Below, piece after piece: positions 1-7,038 of a stretch of 11,920 nt of DNA. The translations under genes and the position numbers were made by a program. The notes below the pieces were generated by a model. The model searched no databases, was not told the origin of the DNA, and was given only the letters and a program-made list of their open reading frames with translations. This stretch comes from Fidelibacterota bacterium. Lineage in GTDB: Bacteria; Fidelibacterota; Fidelibacteria; Fidelibacterales; Fidelibacteraceae. Every line of letters begins with the position of its first letter. Positions within the stretch are counted from its first letter, which is position 1. The DNA is taken from positions 1 to 11,920 of the forward strand of contig JAYEOX010000072.1 in the NCBI GenBank assembly GCA_034723415.1, read 5' to 3'.

Positions 1-47
1 TAGTATTTAAAATAGGAATATAATGAAATTTAAAGAATTTGCTAAAT

Positions 48-56
48 TGTTAAAAT
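48..56 (+). promoter_or_regulatory. Putative extended -10 promoter element (TG-T-TAAAAT) for the AbiE-type operon
   Basis: TGtTAAAAT at 48-56 matches TGn-TATAAT with one mismatch. It lies 2 nt before the inverted repeat and about 50 nt before ATG 109. The AT-rich context lowers specificity. Confidence 0.45.
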
Positions 57-57
57 A

Positions 58-98
58 CTATCTATGGACACTAAACAGTAATAAGTGTCCAAAGATAG
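58..98. promoter_or_regulatory. Inverted repeat (15-bp arms, 1 mismatch, 11-bp spacer), probable antitoxin autoregulatory operator
   Basis: CTATCTATGGACACT (58-72) and AGTGTCCAAAGATAG (84-98) are reverse complements at 14/15 positions. AbiEi antitoxins are known to repress their own promoters through inverted repeats. Confidence 0.7.
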
Positions 99-108
99 GT
101 TTGTGGAA

Positions 109-864
109 ATGAATAATAATAAAATATTTGCCGAAATAAAAAAACATTTTTCAAATTACAGTAAATTTGAAAGAAAGGAATTGTTTGAGTTTCTTGAACA
201 AAGAAAACCTAAACTTACTGAAACTGCCTTTAAATGGAATATCAGAGAGCTCAAAAAAAATAATATTATCTCTTCAGTTAAAAGGGGAGTATTTAAAATT
301 ACATCTAAAAAGAATTATTATCTTCCTGATATTGATGATCAAATAAAGTCAATTAATAAAGTTATAAAACAAGAATTTGATGATATTCGTTTTTGTATAT
401 GGGATTCACTTTGGTTAAATGAATTTTCAAGACATCAAGCATCTAAAAATCTAACTTTTGTAGAGGTAGAAAAAGATTTAGTACAATCAATTTTTTACCT
501 TTTATCAGATAAAAATTTTAAAAATGTTTATATTGAACCGGATAGCAAAACAGCAGGAACATATATTTTCGAAAATTATAATTCTATTATTGTAAAATCT
601 CTTACCACAAAATCACCTTTACAAAGTGTTCAAAAGATTAGTATTCCAAAGATAGAAAAACTTTTAGTTGATTTATTTTGTGATAAAAACCTTTTAATTG
701 CTTATCAGGGAAATGAGATGATTTCTATTTTTAAAATCGCTTTATCTGAATATGAAATAAATTATTCAACCTTATTGCATTATAGCAAAAGAAGAAAAAA
801 AGAACCGGAATTAAAAGATTTTCTTCTTAAAAATATTAAAGTTTCTAAGAATTACTTATTATGA
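109..864 (+). CDS. AbiEi-like type IV antitoxin / transcriptional regulator (DUF6577-like)
   Basis: The ORF is open from GTG 85, but that codon lies inside the operator arm, so ATG 109 is preferred. It has an N-terminal wHTH-like segment (FKWNIRELKKNNIISSVKRGVF) and a C-terminal 'IPKIEKLLVDL...LLHYSKRR' motif typical of AbiEi C-domains. It overlaps the downstream toxin by ATGA (861-864). Confidence 0.75.
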   Translation: MNNNKIFAEIKKHFSNYSKFERKELFEFLEQRKPKLTETAFKWNIRELKKNNIISSVKRGVFKITSKKNYYLPDIDDQIKSINKVIKQEFDDIRFCIWDSLWLNEFSRHQASKNLTFVEVEKDLVQSIFYLLSDKNFKNVYIEPDSKTAGTYIFENYNSIIVKSLTTKSPLQSVQKISIPKIEKLLVDLFCDKNLLIAYQGNEMISIFKIALSEYEINYSTLLHYSKRRKKEPELKDFLLKNIKVSKNYLL

Positions 865-1922
865 TAAAATCAAATTCGTATTCTAAGGAATGGATTGATT
901 CTTTAAAAAATATAAAACAGAAGATTGATCCTGGAATTTGTGAAAAGATGATTCGAGCTCTTGGCCTTCTTGAGCAATTAGTTATTAATAAACTTGATTT
1001 TGTTTTTAAAGGCGGGACTTCTTTAATTCTGCTAATTGACGATCCTCAGAGATTTTCAATTGATATTGATATAAATACGAAAGTCAGCAAAGAAGATTTA
1101 TTAAGGGTTCTTGAATCTGTTCATCAAACAGGGTTGTTTACAAAATATAATGAAAACAAAAGAAAAGAAACCGGAGTTCCAAAAGCTCATTTTAAATTTT
1201 ATTACCAGTCCGTAGTTAATAAAAGAGAAAATTTTATTATTCTTGATGTGCTTTTTCATAAATATTCTTATCCCAAAACTGTGGGAACTCCAATAAAATC
1301 TTTTTGGATTGATACAGATGGAAGTAACATAATGGTAACAACTCCGACAATTGATTCAATTCTTGGTGATAAACTTACTGCTTTTGCTCCGAACACAATC
1401 GGAATTCCTTATAATACAGGTAAATCAATGGAGATTATAAAACAACTTTTTGATGTGGGGCGTTTATTTGATTTAGCAGAAAACTTTAACATTGTAATCA
1501 AATCTTTTTATTCAATTTTATCAGAAGAAATTAAATTTCGAAAGAATACTATATCTGCTGAAGATGTTTTAAAAGACATTATCAATACAAGTTTATTAAT
1601 ATCCCAATTTCCAATGATTTCTAAAGAAAAACCGGAGAAAGCAAGAGAATTATTAGACGGATTAAAAAGATTTTCTGTCTATCCAATCGGTATTAAATAT
1701 CGTGTTGATGATTCAATTGTTTCATCTGCTAAAGCTTCTTATATTGCTAGTAAAATATTGAATAATGACAAAACACCTATTCTTAAATATTTCAAAGGAA
1801 TAGAAATAGAAACATATAATTTTCATTCTAAATATAATTTTTTAGGGAAATTAAAAAAACGCAAACTTGAAGCATATTTTTATTGGATTCAAGTTTTCAA
1901 AAGCTTTAAAACCACATATTAA
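861..1922 (+). CDS. Nucleotidyltransferase AbiEii/AbiGii family toxin
   Basis: Has the FVFKGGTSL and RFSIDIDI motifs of the Pol-beta-like AbiEii fold, plus 'ILGDKLTAF' and 'KQLFDV'. Translationally coupled to the upstream antitoxin-like gene. Confidence 0.88.
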   Translation: MIKSNSYSKEWIDSLKNIKQKIDPGICEKMIRALGLLEQLVINKLDFVFKGGTSLILLIDDPQRFSIDIDINTKVSKEDLLRVLESVHQTGLFTKYNENKRKETGVPKAHFKFYYQSVVNKRENFIILDVLFHKYSYPKTVGTPIKSFWIDTDGSNIMVTTPTIDSILGDKLTAFAPNTIGIPYNTGKSMEIIKQLFDVGRLFDLAENFNIVIKSFYSILSEEIKFRKNTISAEDVLKDIINTSLLISQFPMISKEKPEKARELLDGLKRFSVYPIGIKYRVDDSIVSSAKASYIASKILNNDKTPILKYFKGIEIETYNFHSKYNFLGKLKKRKLEAYFYWIQVFKSFKTTY

Positions 1923-1940
1923 AAATTTCAGACCATATCG

Positions 1941-2022
1941 AAAACTTCCGAAGTTTTTTGATAATAGAACCTAATAATACCTACTTTTACACAAAATAAA
2001 CCAATACAAACTTCGGAAGTTT
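1941..2022. repeat. Pair of self-palindromic 15-mers in inverted orientation (AAACTTCCGAAGTTT / AAACTTCGGAAGTTT), REP-like
   Basis: 1942-1956 and 2008-2022 are exact reverse complements, and each is itself a palindrome around one central base. Confidence 0.75.
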
Positions 2023-2206
2023 AATAATAGTCAAATAGTAGCCATGCCAAAATGAGCATCAAAAGAAGATAAAAAATTTCTTAACGATCCTGAAAAATTG
2101 TAATGAGTGTTTAATTGTGAATGATAAGCCAAAGACCGACAGAGTCAATTATAAATGATAATTTCATTAAACTACTTCTTAGTTTGTTATTTTAGTATAT
2201 CCTTTT

Positions 2207-2303
2207 CTACGGGTTACACCCGTAGTTATTTACATTAATCTACTTCGTAGATAAAATTACTGTGAATATTATAGACATATAATTTCTGCGAGATTTCGTT
2301 TGT
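2207..2303. repeat. Cluster of three triloop hairpins, REP-like element (copy A)
   Basis: CTACGGGT-tac-ACCCGTAG (2207-2225), ATCTAC-ttc-GTAGAT (2238-2252) and AATTTC-tgc-GAGATT (2281-2295). Segment 2269-2303 matches 6148-6182 at 28/35 nt. Confidence 0.7.
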
Positions 2304-2394
2304 TTTGGTAAATTGCAATTTTTATTATACTTATATTTTCTTATATGTCTATATGGTTAATCCTTCAATAAATAAACTCTCAAAATTCAGAACT

Positions 2395-4485
2395 TCAGGA
2401 TACCAACTCAAAGTCAGCATTTAATCTTTCTTCATCGACTTTAGAAACTTTAATTTTTACTAAATCTCCGATGCGATATGTTTTATTATTGTGATGATTA
2501 ATTATGTGAAAATTCTTTTGGTCAAATTCTGATGAAAATTTCCCGGGAAGTGTTTTTATGTGAACCAATCCTTCAACGAGTGAATCAAGTAATTCAACAT
2601 AAAATCCATATTCAACAACTCCGGAGATTATTCCTTCAAACTCTTCGCCGATACGGTTTGCCAAAAATTTTATCTCTTTTAATTTATGATATTCTCGTTC
2701 GGCCTTTACAGCTCTGATCTCCGTTTCCACAGATTGTTTTGCAATAAAATCCAATCGTTTTTTCGTAAGATCTGCCGGTGGTTTATCATTGTTGATATAA
2801 TATTTAAGTAGCCGATGAACAATTAGATCCGGATATCGCCTGATCGGTGAAGTAAAGTGTGTATAATGATCAAAAGCTAATCCAAAATGTCCAACATGTT
2901 TCGTGCTGTATTTCGCTTTTGTCATTGTTCTTAAAGTAATTCTTTCAATCATTTTTTCATGCTTTGTGTCGGCACTTTTTTCTATTATTTGTTGAAAATC
3001 TTTTGGTTGAAGTTTTTGATAATTGAAATGAAAATCATATCCGATATTTTTTAATACAGTGAAGTAATCTTCCACATCTTCTAATTTCGGTTTTTCGTGA
3101 ATGCGATATATAAATGGTGATTTCGCAGATTTATTTAGTATAAAGCGAGCTATAGTTTTATTTGCAATTAGCATAAATTCTTCCACCAAACGATGACTCC
3201 AAAGTCGCTCTTTGGCTGTAATTGAAGTTGGCACACCGGCTGAATCCAAAATATATTGTGGCTCGGGAAGATCAAAATCAATGCTTCCAAGTTTGTGCCT
3301 TTTTTTACTTAATATTTTAGCCAATTTCAACATTTCAGAAAGATTTGAAAAGTATTTACCTTTGCCGTCGTCAAGTATTTTTTGCACCTCCTGATAGGAA
3401 AATCTTTTTTTACTTTTTATCACAGATGGAGCAATTAAAAAATCTATAACTTTGCCGGTTGGATCGATCGTCATAATTATCGAGAAAGCGTATCTTTCTA
3501 CTTCCGGTTTAAGTGAACAGAGTTCATTACTCAATTTTTCCGGCAGCATTGGAATTACATGCCGTGTAAAATAAACAGAAGTGCCGCGTTTTAATGCTTC
3601 TTTATCTATTATGGAATTATGCGTAACATAATGGCTGACATCGGCAATGTGTACACCAAGCTCAAAATTTCCATCGTTATTTTTTGTCAACGAAACGGCA
3701 TCATCAAAGTCCTTTGCATCTTCAGGATCGATAGTGAATGTTGCTAAATCTCGAAAATCTTTTCGTTCTGTTAGTGATATCTTTTCCGGAATATTTTTCA
3801 CAAAATTATGAATATCATTGCTGAATTTCTCAGGAATTCCAAATTGATTAGCAATTAAAATAGCGTCATATTCTGAAGTATCCTTCGAACCAATGAATCG
3901 TGTGATTTTTCCCTTCAGTTTTTTATTTTTTTCCTTCCAATCGGTTACTTTAACTACAACAAAATCGCCATTTGTAGGATTGAATTCACTAAAATTTGTC
4001 AATTGAATATCTGTATTCAAATTTGAATCTTCGGGAGTGCCGAATGCTTTCCCATTCACTTTATAAAATGCGCAAATAAAGCTTTCTTTGTTTCTTTCAA
4101 CTATGGATAATATTTTCCCGGAAGGATTCTTCCCGCGTTTTTTTGAGAATATTTCCACAAGGACAATATCATCATTGAAAGCGTTATTTTGATGATCCTG
4201 AGATACAAATATCTTTCGATCGTCATCTGTATGAATAAAACCAAATCCTTTCGGATGAATATCAAAAACACCCTTGACTATTTGATCTTTATCAGGTAAT
4301 CCATAAAGGTTTTTCTTGTAATGAAATAATTTCCCCACTTTCACAAGTTCCTTAATAGTATTGCGAAATGTCGGATATTTTTTCTTTGGGAAATCTAATA
4401 TTTGTGATAATTCCTTTGGTTTAACTCGTGCTTTTGGATTGCCTTTAAAATATTGTAGTATAATTTTTTCTATTGATTTGTTCAT
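2395..4485 (-). CDS. rnr: Ribonuclease R
   Basis: 696 aa. N-terminal HTH and cold-shock domains (HPKGFGF), RNB motifs (FTIDPEDAKDFDDA, HIADVSHYV, RGTSVY, VEEFMLIAN, HFTSPIRRYPDL) and a C-terminal S1 domain. Confidence 0.95.
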   Translation of the reverse strand: MNKSIEKIILQYFKGNPKARVKPKELSQILDFPKKKYPTFRNTIKELVKVGKLFHYKKNLYGLPDKDQIVKGVFDIHPKGFGFIHTDDDRKIFVSQDHQNNAFNDDIVLVEIFSKKRGKNPSGKILSIVERNKESFICAFYKVNGKAFGTPEDSNLNTDIQLTNFSEFNPTNGDFVVVKVTDWKEKNKKLKGKITRFIGSKDTSEYDAILIANQFGIPEKFSNDIHNFVKNIPEKISLTERKDFRDLATFTIDPEDAKDFDDAVSLTKNNDGNFELGVHIADVSHYVTHNSIIDKEALKRGTSVYFTRHVIPMLPEKLSNELCSLKPEVERYAFSIIMTIDPTGKVIDFLIAPSVIKSKKRFSYQEVQKILDDGKGKYFSNLSEMLKLAKILSKKRHKLGSIDFDLPEPQYILDSAGVPTSITAKERLWSHRLVEEFMLIANKTIARFILNKSAKSPFIYRIHEKPKLEDVEDYFTVLKNIGYDFHFNYQKLQPKDFQQIIEKSADTKHEKMIERITLRTMTKAKYSTKHVGHFGLAFDHYTHFTSPIRRYPDLIVHRLLKYYINNDKPPADLTKKRLDFIAKQSVETEIRAVKAEREYHKLKEIKFLANRIGEEFEGIISGVVEYGFYVELLDSLVEGLVHIKTLPGKFSSEFDQKNFHIINHHNNKTYRIGDLVKIKVSKVDEERLNADFELVS

Positions 4486-4517
4486 AATTTACTTTTGTTA
4501 ATTCCTTTTATTTATAA

Positions 4518-4684
4518 TCGTGTAATTGACTTCGCCGATCTTCGCTTCGCTACGGCTCGTGTCATTTGTTGTTTTCATTTCTCTTCATTCGTGTAATTTG
4601 TATCATTCGTTTTTAAACATTCTTTTTTTTCAGTTAGTGTATTTTCGTGCATTTTGCCTGCACGACTGCATAGGCGGGTGGCAA
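4518..4684. repeat. Degenerate 9-10 nt TTCGTGTAAT-type arrays interrupted by two GC-rich mini-palindromes
   Basis: TCGTGTAATT 4518, TCGTGTCATT 4557, TTCGTGTAATT 4588, TAGTGTATTTTCGTGCATTTT 4635. GC-rich inserts lie at 4528-4556 and 4656-4677. Confidence 0.6.
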
Positions 4685-4694
4685 CAATTCCTTC

Positions 4695-6050
4695 TTAAAA
4701 TATTTGTTGAACTAACGACTGTAAATCCGAAACAAAATTAAGTTCAATTTTTTTGTTGAAATGTTTGAGTGATTTTCTCGCTGATTCCGGAAGAAATATT
4801 TGTTGAAATCCCATACGAAGTGCTTCTGTAACTCTCTGTTCAATTCGTGAAACATTCCGTATTTCACCTGTCAAACCAACTTCACCAAAGATTACAGTAT
4901 CGTCCGGAATTGGAATATTTCTGACACTGCTTACGATTGCAACAATTGTCGGTAAATCCATCGCCGGTTCGTTAAATTTCAGACCGCCGACAATATTTAC
5001 AAAAACATCAAATTGTCCGGTGAAAATATCCAACTGACGCTCGATAACTGCGAGCAACATTGATAATCTTTTTGTATTTATTCCTGTTGTAGTTCTCTGT
5101 GGTGCAGCATAAGTTGCCTTAGTGGTTAAAGCTTGTATTTCGATTAACAAAGGTCGTGAACTATCTAATCCACAAGTTACTACTGAGCCGGATGCTGATT
5201 TTCTTCTTTCGTTTAAGAATATTTCACTTGGATTTTGGACAGGTTCTAATCCATGCTGCTTCATTTCAAAAATACCAATTTCGTTTGTAGAACCGAATCT
5301 GTTTTTTACCGAACGAAGTATTCTGAAATAATTATTTTTGTCGCCTTCCATATAAAGAACTGTATCGACAAGATGCTCCAATAATTTTGGTCCGGCAATG
5401 TTCCCATCTTTAGTTATATGTCCAATTAGAATTATGATTATATTATTCTTTTTCCCGACTGCCATTAATTCGGTGGCACATTCTCTCACTTGACTTATAG
5501 AGCCGGGAAGTGAATCGGAATTTGGTGAATAGGTAGTTTGAATTGAATCAATTATTGCAATTTGTGGTTTCTCTTTTTTAATGCCATTGAGAATAGCTGC
5601 GATGTTTACTTCCGTAGATAATAAAAATGATTTATCATCGATATTTAATCTTTTAGCTCGCAAGGAAAGTTGATGGACGGATTCTTCGCCACTAAAATAG
5701 AGTGCTTTTATATTTTCATTTTTTATCAGATAATTTAATATTTGCAAAGCTATTGTGGATTTTCCAATTCCCGGATCACCACCAAGTAATACAATGCTGC
5801 CACTCATTATTCCGCCACCGACGACTCGATCGAATTCAGATATTTTTGTTGAATACCTTTTTGGATCGTCAGTTGTATTTAAATAATGAAAATTAGCAGA
5901 AGCGTTATCATATTTATTTATTTTTGAAGGCGAATCAACAAATTCTATATAAGTATTCCACTCTTTACATTCCGGGCATTGCCCAACCCACTTTGGTGAG
6001 ATTGCACCACAGTTCGAACATTTGTATCTTGTTTTTGATTTTTTTTGCAT
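4695..6050 (-). CDS. radA: DNA repair protein RadA/Sms
   Basis: 451 aa. C4 zinc finger (CSNC...CPEC), Walker A GGDPGIGKST, IIDSIQT, the KNRFG signature and a Lon-like C-terminal domain (GEVGLTGEIR). Confidence 0.97.
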   Translation of the reverse strand: MQKKSKTRYKCSNCGAISPKWVGQCPECKEWNTYIEFVDSPSKINKYDNASANFHYLNTTDDPKRYSTKISEFDRVVGGGIMSGSIVLLGGDPGIGKSTIALQILNYLIKNENIKALYFSGEESVHQLSLRAKRLNIDDKSFLLSTEVNIAAILNGIKKEKPQIAIIDSIQTTYSPNSDSLPGSISQVRECATELMAVGKKNNIIIILIGHITKDGNIAGPKLLEHLVDTVLYMEGDKNNYFRILRSVKNRFGSTNEIGIFEMKQHGLEPVQNPSEIFLNERRKSASGSVVTCGLDSSRPLLIEIQALTTKATYAAPQRTTTGINTKRLSMLLAVIERQLDIFTGQFDVFVNIVGGLKFNEPAMDLPTIVAIVSSVRNIPIPDDTVIFGEVGLTGEIRNVSRIEQRVTEALRMGFQQIFLPESARKSLKHFNKKIELNFVSDLQSLVQQIF

Positions 6051-6106
6051 GATGTTTTACTTCTCTATTTTCTTTTTCCTTTTTTAAGATATTTTAATTT
6101 TCCTTA

Positions 6107-6580
6107 TTAAACTCCTATGGAGTTTGTGTTAATCTTTAAATCTTTTGTTATAGACATACAATCCCTATGGGATTTTGTTTGTAATTTCAATTGTCGACAA
6201 ATTGTCGACAGCTCAAATTCATCTTCATCCTTAACACGAATTTTCATTTTATACCAATACTCTCTTGGGTTAGCACTATCCGATAAAATTCCTTCTGTGT
6301 TCCAACAATACATTTTTTGATTCCCCCCGACAGTTTTAAATGATAATCTAAGGGGTGGTACAAATTGTACCCCTCCTTTTTCAGTTAATTTTTTTAATTC
6401 GCCGTCTCGTAATTTCATTCGTTTAAAATATTGTGCTGGGTCAGATGAATTTGTCAATACAGCAATAATATCATTTATTACAAACCACCACTCATTATTA
6501 TAAATAGTTCTCCGAATCTCTTTCTTTCGGAACACTGCCAATTTTGTTGCGTCTTTTTTATTGATATTTTTTTGTTTCAT
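6107..6580 (-). pseudogene. BRO-N (phage antirepressor-type) domain gene, chimeric and C-terminally truncated
   Basis: Residues 1-98 resemble BRO-N (KLAVFRKKEIRR...EWWFVINDIIAVLTNSSDP...GGNQKMYCWNTEGI). Residues 99-133 repeat the internal module from a paralog (LSDSANPREYWYKMK...STICRQLKL). Residues 134-157 are read-through across hairpin DNA. The C-terminal continuation I recall for this family (FRLIQSIPSPKAEPFK-like) is absent. Confidence 0.7.
6109..6182. repeat. Doublet of triloop hairpins, REP-like element (copy B), forming the 3' end of the BRO-N ORF
   Basis: AAACTCC-tat-GGAGTTT (6109-6125) and AATCCC-tat-GGGATT (6160-6174). Homologous to 2269-2303. Confidence 0.75.
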
Positions 6581-6700
6581 TCTTTTATCTAATGTTACAA
6601 ATTAATTATTGAATATTAAATAAAAAAATGAAAGTTTAAGTAGTAGAACCATTTGATTAACATACCTTAATTTAATAATTTATTTTTAATTATAATCATC

Positions 6701-6740
6701 TCTAAACTTCTAAACTTCTAACCTTCTAAACTTCTAAACA
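6701..6740. repeat. Tandem 8-mer repeat (TCTAAACT)x5
   Basis: tctaaact tctaaact tctaacct tctaaact tctaaaca, read directly from the sequence. Confidence 0.9.
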
Positions 6741-7038
6741 TTTTCATTATCTTATTTTGATTCTTATTATTTGATTTAGTTATGCAAAGCATTCTAGTAT
6801 ATATAATTTATCCATCTAATTCTTCTTTTACATTTTTTGGGGACATTTTCATTAAAAAAGAATTCATTTTTATAATAATAACCGAACCGGAAATATAGGA
6901 ATATCATTTCCCATTTTATTTTCAATGTTTTTATTATTTATTTCTATTATTTTCAATATTAAAATATAATTCTTTCTTTATGTTCTTTTTTTTCTTTGCA
7001 ATCTTTGCGTGAAACAATTTTACTTCTAATTTTCGTTA

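Noticed and set aside
85..108. GTG start at 85 for the antitoxin
   Set aside because: It falls inside the operator arm with no RBS; ATG 109 is more plausible, though not proven.
2023..2160. Possible pseudogene fragment (MPK*ASKEDKKFLNDPEKL)
   Set aside because: Too short and not assignable to any family by eye.
1941..2303. CRISPR array or integron attC array
   Set aside because: The repeats are not direct, regularly spaced or identical, and there is no cas gene, integrase or clear attC R-box pairing.
4526..4741. 71-aa plus-strand ORF
   Set aside because: It is a translation of the repeat-rich spacer, has a TTG start without an RBS, and overlaps the radA 3' end.
2532..5896. Short plus-strand ORFs (2532-2717, 3212-3394, 5122-5331, 5702-5896)
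   Set aside because: Antisense shadows of rnr and radA with no recognisable motifs.
6107..6580. Prophage or diversity-generating retroelement (TR/VR pair) explanation for the duplicated module
   Set aside because: No other phage genes or reverse transcriptase are present, and the modules differ by indels and general divergence rather than adenine-specific changes.
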